Assembly (NCBI GenBank): GCA_049598495.1
Contig: JBMYNR010000018.1
Coordinates: 1 to 30,342, forward strand
Origin: Opitutales bacterium
GTDB lineage: Bacteria; Verrucomicrobiota; Verrucomicrobiia; Opitutales; Coraliomargaritaceae
Length of the DNA stretch: 30,342 nucleotides
Reading direction: 5' to 3'
Positions 18,867-28,110 of this stretch are shown one piece after another. Position 1 is the first letter of the stretch. Each line of letters starts with the position of its first letter. The position numbers and the translations under genes were made by a program. Under the pieces are notes generated by a model. That model worked only from the letters and a program-made list of their open reading frames with translations, was not told the origin of the DNA and did no database searches.

Positions 18867-21491
18867 TTAGGCTTCATTCACTAGTTCAACTTGATCGATC
18901 ATTTCCATCACCAGAGCATCGGCATCCACCCTGAAGAGCACCGTGCTGTCCGGGCCCACATTCCCACTAAGCAAAGCTCGAGCGAGCTTTGTCTCGACTT
19001 GTTTTTGAAGGAGGCGTTTTAGAGGACGCGCACCATATACTGGATCGTAGCCCTTTTCGCCAATCCACCTGCGTGCAGCTTCATCAAACTCGATCGTGAT
19101 ACGACGCTCCACCAATCGAGCATTCAGATCAGTCAGCAGTAAATCAATGATCGTGGTAATCTCATCGAGTGTCAGGGGCTTGAATAGAACCGTGTCATCA
19201 ATTCGGTTAAGAAACTCCGGCCGAAACCCCTGACGTAACTCAGCCATTACAGACTCGCGGATCGACTCCGGTATCTCGGAACCGTAGACACCCTCCGTAA
19301 GAAATCGGCTCCCCACGTTCGAAGTCATAATGATAATCGTATTCTTAAAGTCTATGGTGTGCCCCTGGGCATCAGTGATACGCCCATCATCCATAACTTG
19401 TAATAGAACATTAAATACATCCGGGTGTGCCTTCTCAATTTCGTCAAAGAGCACAACGCTGTAGGGCTTGCGACGAACAGCCTCGGTCAACTGACCTCCT
19501 TCGTCGTAGCCGACATATCCGGGGGGCGCCCCGATTAATCGTGCCACGGCATGTTTCTCCATGTATTCAGACATATCGATTCGCACCATATTCTCCTCTG
19601 TATCAAAAAGGGTCTGCGCGAGCGTCCGAGCGAGCTCGGTCTTCCCCACCCCCGTGGGGCCGAGGAAGAGAAAACTACCAATCGGGCGGCGCGGGTCCTT
19701 GATACCGGCACGAGCACGGAGGATCGCCTCAGAGACAAGCGTGACCGCTTCATCCTGGCCAACTACCCGCTCGTGTAAGACCTCTTCTAGGCGCAGGAGT
19801 TTTTCCTTCTCGCCTTCGACAAGACGATTCACAGGCACACCCGTCCATTTTGAGACGATGTCGGCAATCTCTTCCTGCGAGACCTCTTCCTTTAGTAAAG
19901 CACCCTCCTTCGTTTCCGCTTCCTCAAGCTCGATCAGACGTGCCTCGAGCTCGGGCATCTTGCCGTGCCGCAACTGCGCAACCGTATTCAGATCGTAGTT
20001 CCGTTCTGCCTTCTCCATCTCGATACGGGTCGCCTCGATCTCTTCACGGACCCTGCGAATCTCATCAATCGCGCCCTTTTCAGAGTCCCATTGAGTGCGC
20101 AGTGCCGATTCCTTTTCGCGGATATCAGCGAGTTCCCTGGAGAGTGTTCTCAAGCGATCTTTTGAAGCCTCGTCCTTTTCATTTTTCAGAGCGGCCTCCT
20201 CAATTTCGAGTTGGAGCGCCCGCCGAGTGAGCGCGTCGAGTTCCTGCGGCATCGAATCCATTTCTGTACGGATCATGGCGCAGGCCTCGTCGACCAGATC
20301 GATCGCTTTGTCTGGCAGAAAACGCTCACTAATGTAGCGATGCGAAAGGACAGCCGCCTGCACGAGTGCGTTGTCCTGAATACGCACACCGTGATGCAAT
20401 TCGAAACGCTCACGAAGCCCACGCAAAATCGAGACCGTATCCTCAACATTCGGCTGATCGACTTGAACTGTTTGAAAACGACGCTCAAGCGCAGCATCTT
20501 TTTCGATGTGCTTGCGGTATTCATCTAGCGTCGTCGCACCCACGCAGTGCAACTCACCCCGAGCCAGCATCGGCTTGAGCATATTACCCGCGTCCATTGC
20601 TCCCTCAGTCTTACCTGCTCCAACGATGGTGTGCAACTCGTCGATGAAGAGCAGGATACGTCCCTCGCTGTTCTTGACTTCCGCCAAAACGGCTTTGAGA
20701 CGTTCTTCGAACTCACCGCGATATTTGGCCCCCGCAACAAGCGAGCCGATATCAAGTGCAAAGATGATCCTGTCCTTGAGTCCCTCAGGGACATCACCAC
20801 GAACAATCCGCTGGGCAAGCCCCTCGACGATAGCCGTCTTACCCACACCAGGCTCTCCAATGAGGACCGGGTTATTCTTTGTCTTCCGCGAAAGAATACG
20901 GATCACCCGGCGAATCTCGGAATCACGCCCGATGACTGGATCCATCTTTCCTTTGCGTGCCTGCTCGACAAGGTCGATCCCATATTTCTCCAAGGCTTCA
21001 AAGGTTCCTTCGGGCGTCCGTGTAGTGACCTTTTGTCCTGCACGAGCAGCTTCCAGCGCGTTTAGAACCCGATCATAATTCAGCTCAAATTGTTTCAAAA
21101 ACGTCCCCAACCGACCGGACGAGTCAGCTTGAAGGATTCCGAGAAAGAGATGCTCCGTGCTGAGAAAATCATCGGCCAGCTTCCTCTTGACTTCCTCTGC
21201 CTCCCCAATCGCTTGCTGTAGATTTGAGGACAGATAAATTTGCTTCGTATTCACACGGCCACTCACCTTCGGCAGGCCATCCAATTCGCGTTGCAAGGCC
21301 AGTTCAACAGCCGACGGCGTGATCTGCATTCGCTCCAGAAGGCCGGGCACGATCCCCCCCTCTTGTTGAACCAAAGCCAACAGTAAGTGCCACAGGTCTA
21401 TTTCCTGTTGACCATAACGACGTGCTAAATGCTGAGCCTCTTGTACGGCAAAAGCAGACTTTTCAGTAAAGGTATTAAAATCAATGTTCAT
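18867..21491 (-). CDS. clpB: ATP-dependent chaperone ClpB
   Basis: Two AAA+ modules (GEPGVGKT and GPTGVGKT), long coiled-coil middle domain, GAPPGYVGY and GARPLKR. ATG 21491 (MNIDFNTFT) preferred over 21515. Confidence 0.98.
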   Translation of the reverse strand: MNIDFNTFTEKSAFAVQEAQHLARRYGQQEIDLWHLLLALVQQEGGIVPGLLERMQITPSAVELALQRELDGLPKVSGRVNTKQIYLSSNLQQAIGEAEEVKRKLADDFLSTEHLFLGILQADSSGRLGTFLKQFELNYDRVLNALEAARAGQKVTTRTPEGTFEALEKYGIDLVEQARKGKMDPVIGRDSEIRRVIRILSRKTKNNPVLIGEPGVGKTAIVEGLAQRIVRGDVPEGLKDRIIFALDIGSLVAGAKYRGEFEERLKAVLAEVKNSEGRILLFIDELHTIVGAGKTEGAMDAGNMLKPMLARGELHCVGATTLDEYRKHIEKDAALERRFQTVQVDQPNVEDTVSILRGLRERFELHHGVRIQDNALVQAAVLSHRYISERFLPDKAIDLVDEACAMIRTEMDSMPQELDALTRRALQLEIEEAALKNEKDEASKDRLRTLSRELADIREKESALRTQWDSEKGAIDEIRRVREEIEATRIEMEKAERNYDLNTVAQLRHGKMPELEARLIELEEAETKEGALLKEEVSQEEIADIVSKWTGVPVNRLVEGEKEKLLRLEEVLHERVVGQDEAVTLVSEAILRARAGIKDPRRPIGSFLFLGPTGVGKTELARTLAQTLFDTEENMVRIDMSEYMEKHAVARLIGAPPGYVGYDEGGQLTEAVRRKPYSVVLFDEIEKAHPDVFNVLLQVMDDGRITDAQGHTIDFKNTIIIMTSNVGSRFLTEGVYGSEIPESIRESVMAELRQGFRPEFLNRIDDTVLFKPLTLDEITTIIDLLLTDLNARLVERRITIEFDEAARRWIGEKGYDPVYGARPLKRLLQKQVETKLARALLSGNVGPDSTVLFRVDADALVMEMIDQVELVNEA

Positions 21492-21503
21492 ACTCAATCC
21501 ATT

Positions 21504-21520
21504 CGCACAAATCATTCCAA
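21504..21520 (-). promoter_or_regulatory. Putative sigma54 (-24/-12) promoter of clpB
   Basis: Minus strand reads TTGGAATGATTTGTGCG, i.e. GG (21518-17)-N10-GC (21506-05). Confidence 0.55.
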
Positions 21521-21634
21521 GCTAAAGTATCCACAAAGGATACATATCTTTCTCCATATTAATACTTTGCGAGTTTAACAAAAACCGATATGTGAGCAAT
21601 ATTCGACATCATCGAGACAGCTAGCAAGCCCAAC

Positions 21635-21651
21635 TGCGTCAATATGTCGCA
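21635..21651. promoter_or_regulatory. Palindromic upstream activator-like site
   Basis: TGCGTCA-ATA-TGTCGCA (6 of 7 arm pairs), about 140-160 nt upstream of the predicted sigma54 start. Confidence 0.5.
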
Positions 21652-21716
21652 ACTATTGTTTTCCAATATCGATCGGACTCGACAAGTCTGGAACGATATT
21701 CAGCTTTGAACCGCAG

Positions 21717-22115
21717 ATGACATCGCCACCACAGACCGTCTCCACCCTATTGACATACCTGCCGCTTGTTTTGCTGTCTCTGGCCACACAGGCCTACGAG
21801 CAAAGCAGCTACCATGTTTTTGAGCTCATCGAATCGGGCTCTGAAGAAACCCTCGACGGTCGCATTGCCATTCCTAAAGCAATCTTCGCTAAAGATTCCG
21901 AACCCACGGCAGACTCGATCACGAGCGCGATCGAACAAAGTGAGTTCGAGATCGACTTCACCCGGCCACTCTGGAACAGAGGTCGCTCAGATTTCATAAG
22001 TGGATTGCCTGATTTCGAAACAAATCAAAAAATCGATACCACCGATCCATCAGGCGAGAGCTTCCATTTCGGCAACAGCAGCTTCGGCACCTCGACCAGC
22101 AGCTTCGAGGACTAA
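21717..22115 (+). CDS. Hypothetical acidic exported protein
   Basis: 132 aa filling the clpB-nth gap. Signal-peptide-like LLTYLPLVLLSLATQA. No recognisable family. Confidence 0.5.
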   Translation: MTSPPQTVSTLLTYLPLVLLSLATQAYEQSSYHVFELIESGSEETLDGRIAIPKAIFAKDSEPTADSITSAIEQSEFEIDFTRPLWNRGRSDFISGLPDFETNQKIDTTDPSGESFHFGNSSFGTSTSSFED

Positions 22116-22120
22116 CTCGC

Positions 22121-22789
22121 TCAAGCCTTGAGGGTTTTCTTCGGCCGTTTTCTTTTTGGATAGAGGCTACGACAAATCTCGCAGACCGTTCCATCGCATC
22201 CTCGAGCACTGCAGTGCTCACGACCATAAAAAATAATCTGCAGGTGCAAGCGATTCCAATGTGACTCGTGAAAGATACGCTTCAAATCGCGCTCGGTTTG
22301 CACGACGTTTTTGCCTGAGGTGAGTCCCCATCTCTGAGCGAGTCGGTGAATGTGTGTATCCACCGGAAAGGCCGGCACTCCAAATGCCTGCGACATGACC
22401 ACAGAAGCGGTTTTGTGACCGACGGCAGGTAAAGCCTCCAAGGCCTCCATATCAGCCGGGACCTTTCCATCGTGTTGTTCCAGTAAAATGCGCGAGAGGC
22501 CTGCAATCCCCTTCGATTTCATGGGAGACAGTCCACAGGGTCGAATGATCTCCTGAATCTCCTCCACGGGAAGCCGTACCATAGCACCCGGCGTGTCCGC
22601 GCGTGCGAAGAGCGCAGGCGTTATCTGATTCACACGGACATCGGTACACTGTGCAGAAAGCAGCACTGCAATCAGCAGTGTGAACGGATCCTTATGATCC
22701 AGGGGGATCGGTGGATTCGGATACAACTCCTGAAGTCGTTTCTGGATAAATTCAGCTCGTTCTTTTCGGGTCATTGGCTTTTGCGACAT
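22121..22789 (-). CDS. nth: Endonuclease III
   Basis: LLIAVLLSAQCTD, HhH LPAVGHKTA, FPVDTHIHR and a C-terminal 4-Cys motif. ATG at 22789 or 22774. Confidence 0.96.
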   Translation of the reverse strand: MSQKPMTRKERAEFIQKRLQELYPNPPIPLDHKDPFTLLIAVLLSAQCTDVRVNQITPALFARADTPGAMVRLPVEEIQEIIRPCGLSPMKSKGIAGLSRILLEQHDGKVPADMEALEALPAVGHKTASVVMSQAFGVPAFPVDTHIHRLAQRWGLTSGKNVVQTERDLKRIFHESHWNRLHLQIIFYGREHCSARGCDGTVCEICRSLYPKRKRPKKTLKA

Positions 22790-22838
22790 CTTGATTCTTG
22801 CCCACCATATAAAGTTCACTCAGAAATGCCAAACACCG

Positions 22839-23825
22839 ATGAGCGAAAACGACCCGAGTTCTGTCAATTCACTAAGTGCATCCCTCCCAGAGGCCCTCCG
22901 TAATACGCGCGCGGTTGAGGTTTTGGAGCGCTCACTTGTGCAGAATCGACTGGGGCACGGCATCCTCCTACACGGAGAGAGCATGGAAAGCTTGGAGACC
23001 ATCGTCCGCGCGATCGCAACACACCTACTGGCAACGAACAGCGACCCCTTTGAGCATCCAGACTGTTTCATCCTGCGACCAAGCGGTAAAGCGAGACTGA
23101 TCCGCGTCGGCAAAACCGATGAGAACAACTCCATGAGAAAACTGGTGATCGATATCGCCAAGAGCTCCAATCAGGGCGGCAGGAAGGTAGGCATCGTCAT
23201 GGATGCCGACCGCATGAACGCCGCCTCGGCAAATGCCTTTCTTAAAACCCTAGAGGAACCCCCCGTGGGCACGACTCTCTTTCTTCTGACAACACGACCT
23301 TACGATCTTCTCGACACGATTCGCAGCCGATGTCTCAACTTTCGTATACCTGCTTCTCTTGAAATGGTTACGCATCCGGATTGGCTGCCCTGGACTCTCG
23401 ACTATCGAGAGTGGTTGGCCGAGCTATTGAAAGGGCCAAATCGGGAAAGCATTCCGCACATCCTGATGGGTGCCTACGGTCTAAACACCCGATTTCAGAG
23501 TATTCTTGCCGAAATGACTGCCGAATCGTGGCACTTACATAAAGAGTCGCTACCCGAGCATATAACAACCGAGGAAAAGGACGCCATGGAGACGGGCCTG
23601 AGCAAGGGCTTTCGCAAGCAACTCTTCGGAGAGATCGAAAAAGCAACCGCTCAGTTCGCCCGGGACATCGAATCACTCAACAAGGGCGAGCTACCGGCCA
23701 GTGCCTTACAACGGGCCACGAGTGCGCTTGAACGCTCAGCCGGCCTTCTCGAAATCAATTTCAACCAAGCCGCGGCTCTGGAGCTCTTCTTCCTTAGTTC
23801 ACTTCGTATCTGGACGACGCGTTAG
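22839..23825 (+). CDS. holB: DNA polymerase III delta-prime subunit
   Basis: RLGHGILLHG, HPD, ADRMNAASANAFLKTLEEPP and LLDTIRSRC (SRC motif). Degenerate Walker A. ATG 22839 preferred. Confidence 0.88.
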   Translation: MSENDPSSVNSLSASLPEALRNTRAVEVLERSLVQNRLGHGILLHGESMESLETIVRAIATHLLATNSDPFEHPDCFILRPSGKARLIRVGKTDENNSMRKLVIDIAKSSNQGGRKVGIVMDADRMNAASANAFLKTLEEPPVGTTLFLLTTRPYDLLDTIRSRCLNFRIPASLEMVTHPDWLPWTLDYREWLAELLKGPNRESIPHILMGAYGLNTRFQSILAEMTAESWHLHKESLPEHITTEEKDAMETGLSKGFRKQLFGEIEKATAQFARDIESLNKGELPASALQRATSALERSAGLLEINFNQAAALELFFLSSLRIWTTR

Positions 23826-23859
23826 CCTCTCTGTTCTCTCCGCTCTCTGCGGTTAAAAA
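23826..23859. repeat. Short pyrimidine-rich CTCT(G/C) iterated element
   Basis: CCTCTCTGTTCTCTCCGCTCTCTGCGGTTAAAAA: three ~9-nt CTCT units right after the holB stop. Confidence 0.4.
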
Positions 23860-23907
23860 TTGAGCATCTTGGCCTCAGCCTCTTTTCTTATCACCCTATA
23901 TACTCCA

Positions 23908-24567
23908 ATGTGTGGACGTTATACTCTTCATACAAATAAGGCAAAGCTGGCCGAAGCCATCGCGCTGGCTATACCCGAAGAATGGGAGCCGGACTACAAT
24001 ATCGGTCCGGGACGAGAAACGCTCAGTATTGCGAGTAAAGGTGAATCGAAGCCTGTTGTTCGTATGATGCATTGGGGACTCCGCACCCCTCAGAACTTTC
24101 ATATCAATGCACGTATCGAAACAGCCGACACCAGCCCACGCTTTCGCGAAAGCTGGCACGAACGCCGATGTCTCCTACCCGCCAACGGCTTTTACGAATG
24201 GTATCAGGACGGCATTACCAAACAGCCTTATTACATTTACCCTATGGATCGGAGCCTGCATTGTTTTGCCGGTATCTGGTTTCCATCCACCAACGCCGGA
24301 GGAACGCACGCATGCGTGGTCCTAACGCGCTCTGCCCAAGAGAGCATTCACCATATCCATGATAGGATGCCGGTAATTCTAAGATCGGAGCAGCACAACG
24401 ATTGGCTCAACAACAGGCTCGCCAAGTGCGATGTGCTGGCCTCCAGCAGTGATATTGAATTGGGGATGCATCCCGTTTCAAGGCGGGTTAATAGCGTCCA
24501 AAATAAGGATAGTCGATTGATCGAAGCCACCCTCCCGGCAACAGACGACCAAATGATGCTCTTTTAA
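23908..24567 (+). CDS. SOS response-associated peptidase (SRAP/YedK/HMCES family)
   Basis: Obligate N-terminus MCGRY at ATG 23908 (catalytic Cys2). YNIGP, WGL, INARIET, RCLLPANGFYEW, IHDRMPVIL and VSRRVNS. Confidence 0.95.
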   Translation: MCGRYTLHTNKAKLAEAIALAIPEEWEPDYNIGPGRETLSIASKGESKPVVRMMHWGLRTPQNFHINARIETADTSPRFRESWHERRCLLPANGFYEWYQDGITKQPYYIYPMDRSLHCFAGIWFPSTNAGGTHACVVLTRSAQESIHHIHDRMPVILRSEQHNDWLNNRLAKCDVLASSSDIELGMHPVSRRVNSVQNKDSRLIEATLPATDDQMMLF

Positions 24568-24635
24568 TACGGCAATTTATACGAGTCCACCTGCTCATAG
24601 GTAAGATCACTTCGAAAAAGCTACGCCGGAGGCCT

Positions 24636-24774
24636 CATCGGCGTCACCGCCGATGGGACACAACCGCAACCACTCGGCAGTAACGTCCAGCCTAAGCTGG
24701 ACGAAGACTCCACGCATTCTAAGAGATAGAGGGACGCCGTCCTCGGCGTCCGCCGAACAACCACAACCACTCGG
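24636..24774. repeat. Cluster of three REP-like hairpins with an 18-nt direct repeat
   Basis: Perfect 8-bp stems with 4-nt loops at 24636-24655, 24684-24703 and 24732-24751. ACAACC(G/A)CAACCACTCGG at 24660-24677 and 24757-24774. Confidence 0.7.
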
Positions 24775-24832
24775 TGTAGACGCTCTAGAACAAATTGCAT
24801 TTAGCCCCAATCAAGATAGCCCGCTTATTGCA

Positions 24833-24949
24833 TGAGATCCAGAATTGGCTTTGGCAAGGCGCGAGCCGTGTTCCACGCAGGAGCGCACTGAAGTGCGTGA
24901 CTAAGTGGGTTACGCGCTCGGAACACAGCCAAGGACGCTTCTGGACTCA
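24833..24949. repeat. ~117-bp palindromic element (MITE-like)
   Basis: Imperfect terminal inverted repeats TGAGATCCAGAA...TTGGC / GCCAA...TTCTGGACTCA. Internal GTGTTCC/GGAACAC and central CGCAC-TGAA-GTGCG. Confidence 0.6.
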
Positions 24950-25094
24950 AAGTTTGTTGCTGTCACTTTTGTGACACGACGAGTTTTTGGAGAAAACTCG
25001 CAAGTAGCCATCCCGTAACAAGATAAAGAACGACAGCAACAAACTGGTGCAATATTCGGGATAGGCCTATTGAGAATTGGTTTGGAGTATTTCC

Positions 25095-26324
25095 TCAATT
25101 AGGCGCCTTTTCAATCACAACGTGTTTCACATCAATCAGCTCAGCATCAAAGCCTGCCTCACAATAACTCAGATAGTAATTCCACTTACGTCGGAAACGG
25201 GCATCAAAACCAAGCGAATCGACTCTGGCTTCTGATGCCTTAAAATCACGCGCCCAGCGTCGCAGTGTCTCGGCGTAATCGCGGCCAAAAGAATGCATAA
25301 AAGCTATTCGAGACGCTCCGCTGCGCGATACATTCTCTTTAATTGCTCCCGGCGAAGGGAGGTGCCCCCCAGGGAAGATATGCTTCTGTATCCAATCGCA
25401 ACTGCGACAATAAGCTTCATAACGATCGTCGGGTATTGTGATTGCCTGAATCACAGCCTTGCCTCCCGGCCTCAGTGATTCGCTCACGATTCGAAAATAA
25501 CTCTCCAAGTATTCACAGCCGACCGCCTCAATCATCTCACAGGAAAGCACGGCGTCATATTGCCCCGATTGTAGGCGATAGTCTTCGAGAACGATCTCGA
25601 CCCGGCCACTGACACCCTCGCGCTCAAAAAGCGACTGCGCATACCTAAATTGCTCCTCCGATAGAGTAATCGTCTTGACCCGACATCCACGTTTCGCAGC
25701 ACGAAGCGCAAGTGCCCCCCACCCGGAGCCAATCTCCAGGATCGAGTCACCTTCCCCCACTCCAGCCAGGTCCAGCATGCGGTCTATTTTTCTGAACTGA
25801 GCTTCCTCCAACGAAACTTCATTACCCTCAAAAAGCGCACTGGAATATGTCATGGAGCGATCGAGAAAGGTCTCGTAGAACTCGTTGCTCAGATCGTAGT
25901 GCTCTTGAATGTTCCCCTTGCTCTTCTCGAGTGTATTCCGTCGCGCCTTATGATAGAGACGATTCAAGCGACCGGTCATAATAGAGAAGCCCCGCTGGAT
26001 TCGCCCCATTTCCTTTTGATTGCGTGCCAATATGCCGAGCACAGCAGAGAGGTCCGTGGTTTCCCAGTCGCCGTCTACATAGGACTCTCCAAATCCAACG
26101 CTGCCACCAGCAAATACCTTGTTAAAAAATGCAGCATCCAAGATACGGAGCTCAACAGGCGAACAGCCATGGTCCCCAAGCATTCTCTGCGCACCACTGG
26201 GGAAAGTAAGCCGGATGCTTCCATCGCGAATATCACGAAGCATCCACGCAAAAAGGCGCTCGATGAAGCGTAAGCGGATCGGAGGCCGTAAACTGGCTAA
26301 TCTGTCTGGCGTGTCGGAATCCAT
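25095..26324 (-). CDS. cfa: Cyclopropane-fatty-acyl-phospholipid synthase family methyltransferase
   Basis: GFGESYVDGDW, NIQEHYDLSNEFY, MTYSSA, LEIGSGWG, EMIEAVG, IFPGG and WNYYLSYCEAGF. Confidence 0.92.
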   Translation of the reverse strand: MDSDTPDRLASLRPPIRLRFIERLFAWMLRDIRDGSIRLTFPSGAQRMLGDHGCSPVELRILDAAFFNKVFAGGSVGFGESYVDGDWETTDLSAVLGILARNQKEMGRIQRGFSIMTGRLNRLYHKARRNTLEKSKGNIQEHYDLSNEFYETFLDRSMTYSSALFEGNEVSLEEAQFRKIDRMLDLAGVGEGDSILEIGSGWGALALRAAKRGCRVKTITLSEEQFRYAQSLFEREGVSGRVEIVLEDYRLQSGQYDAVLSCEMIEAVGCEYLESYFRIVSESLRPGGKAVIQAITIPDDRYEAYCRSCDWIQKHIFPGGHLPSPGAIKENVSRSGASRIAFMHSFGRDYAETLRRWARDFKASEARVDSLGFDARFRRKWNYYLSYCEAGFDAELIDVKHVVIEKAPN

Positions 26325-27115
26325 GGAAAGAAGGCGTTTGTGGTTTTTTGGTAGATACGGTAGGCATCGCCGCGGCGCTTAAGCGACGAACGCTCTGAGT
26401 GAGGCACCCCAGTGATAAAGCGCAGAAAAACATACATCGAGATGGGACCGATTAAAGCAATCCAGCCGTGGGTCGAAGAATAGGCAAAAGCAACATAAGC
26501 AAACCAGTGCAACCATTCGAAGAAATAGTTCGGGTGACGGGAAAAACGCCACAATCCCACTCGGCAGACAGCACCCTTATTTTTCGGATTGCCACGGAAG
26601 ACCGCCAGTTGACGGTCCGAGATCGCCTCTCCAGACAACGCGACCAAAGCGATCATAACCGCAAATGTGTCCGACCAAAACCATCCAGAAGAGGAGTTCT
26701 CCATCGCGACCACAACTGGGCATAGAAATAATGCAATGCAGGGAATTTGAACCAAAAACAGGAAATAGAAATTCCACAGCGCAGCCTCACCCCAATACTC
26801 CGCCAATGCCAAATAACGGGGGTCTTCCTGCCCTTTTAGCACGCGGTCCCGAAAAAGATAAAAACTCAAACGGAAGGACCAAACGCTGACCACCAGGAGG
26901 ACGAGCCATGCGCGCAATGAGTCCAAACCCGACAGGAGAAAATAAGAGCATGCCGCGAGTCCGAGACCCGCGGTCCAGATCGTATCAACAATAGCCATGA
27001 GTCGGTGCTTCCTCGCCACCGTATACATGAGTGTCGCCAGAATGAACCCGACCGCAAAGAAACTGACCCAAAAGACACCCATAAGACAGCCCATTAGACA
27101 GCCAGAAGGTAGCAT
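26297..27115 (-). CDS. DUF1295 (steroid 5-alpha-reductase-like) membrane protein
   Basis: IVDTIW, WSFRL, EDPRY, GEAISDRQL and GLWRFSRHPNYFFEW. Start could be slightly downstream. Confidence 0.9.
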   Translation of the reverse strand: MLPSGCLMGCLMGVFWVSFFAVGFILATLMYTVARKHRLMAIVDTIWTAGLGLAACSYFLLSGLDSLRAWLVLLVVSVWSFRLSFYLFRDRVLKGQEDPRYLALAEYWGEAALWNFYFLFLVQIPCIALFLCPVVVAMENSSSGWFWSDTFAVMIALVALSGEAISDRQLAVFRGNPKNKGAVCRVGLWRFSRHPNYFFEWLHWFAYVAFAYSSTHGWIALIGPISMYVFLRFITGVPHSERSSLKRRGDAYRIYQKTTNAFFPWIPTRQTD

Positions 27116-27118
27116 GAG

Positions 27119-28024
27119 CTATTTGACCAGGGGGCCCGACATGGCCTCCTCGTAAATCTTCTCAGGGTAGACTTGCAGATCCCAAACAAGCCCCACTTTC
27201 TCCATGCATCGGAGAATCAAATAGCTGAGATCGAATTCCCACCAATACATACCCTGACGCGCAGAAAGCGGCCAGCGATGGTGATTGTTATGCCAGCCTT
27301 CACCAAAGGTAAGAAGCGCCACCCACCAGCTGTTTCGGCTCTCGTCGTCCGTCTCGAAGCGCTTGGATCCAACGATATGAGTGACGGAATTCACCAGAAA
27401 GGTTACGTGGTAGACGAGCACGGTGCTCAGGAAGAAGCCCCACATAACCAGTTGTAGACCGCTCGTCCCCAAAGCCGGGAAGTAGGCGTTCAAACCTGCA
27501 CCAAATGCATATAACAAGCCGATAAGCGATAATACCGGAAGAATATGAAAACGATCGATAAACCGCAGTTCGGGATATTTGATGAGATCCTTAATTCGAT
27601 CATACTGGATCGAACGGTAGGCGCGACAAAGTACCCAGCCGATATGAGCCCAGAAAGCATCCTTCACCACCGGCGAGTGGATATCCTCTTCCTTGTCAGA
27701 ATGCTGGTGATGGTGACGGTGGTTGGCCGCCCACCACATCGGTCCAAGTTGGGCCGAGGAAGTCCCAACCCAAGCGAGCACAAATTGAAACAACCGGCTG
27801 GTTTTGAACGAGCGATGTGAGAAATAACGATGAAAGCCCGCCGTGAGTGCGAATACGCGAACCACATAGGTCACTGCTAGGGTACCAACTGCGACCCAAC
27901 TAAAGCCGGTAAACAATGCCCCCAAAGCCGCAATGTGCATAAATAATATGGGAGAAGACACCATTAGGAGACGGTTATCTTCATCCTGAAAGGCATGTTT
28001 AAGAATCGTTTGTAGCTTTTGCAT
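27119..28024 (-). CDS. Delta-9 acyl-CoA/acyl-lipid desaturase
   Basis: Three His boxes: HRYFSH, HRHHH and GEGWHNNHH. TM segments. Confidence 0.93.
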   Translation of the reverse strand: MQKLQTILKHAFQDEDNRLLMVSSPILFMHIAALGALFTGFSWVAVGTLAVTYVVRVFALTAGFHRYFSHRSFKTSRLFQFVLAWVGTSSAQLGPMWWAANHRHHHQHSDKEEDIHSPVVKDAFWAHIGWVLCRAYRSIQYDRIKDLIKYPELRFIDRFHILPVLSLIGLLYAFGAGLNAYFPALGTSGLQLVMWGFFLSTVLVYHVTFLVNSVTHIVGSKRFETDDESRNSWWVALLTFGEGWHNNHHRWPLSARQGMYWWEFDLSYLILRCMEKVGLVWDLQVYPEKIYEEAMSGPLVK

Positions 28025-28110
28025 ACTTTTTTTAATGTGAAACGGTAACCAAAGGGCAAACTTACAGTAAAGATGCCGTAAGTATGGTCGATTACCGCCG
28101 TTAGTTCTTT

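Noticed and set aside
19427..21078. Several long + strand ORFs antisense to clpB (likewise those opposite ftsI, rsmH, mraZ, leuS and rho)
   Set aside because: Shadow ORFs expected from codon bias of conserved genes; no motifs or independent signals.
24636..24774. CRISPR interpretation of the hairpin cluster (and of the 47-nt repeats at the right edge)
   Set aside because: Only two copies of each repeat, spacer lengths are not CRISPR-like, and no cas genes are in the window.
24607..25098. Short ORFs 24607-24810, 24653-24835 and 24910-25098
   Set aside because: The first two run through repeat hairpins and the third ends in the palindromic element; none has protein-like features.
27078..27101. 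12-nt tandem duplication (GCLM-GCLM) at the DUF1295 N-terminus
   Set aside because: In-frame, two copies with one mismatch; only makes the start codon ambiguous.
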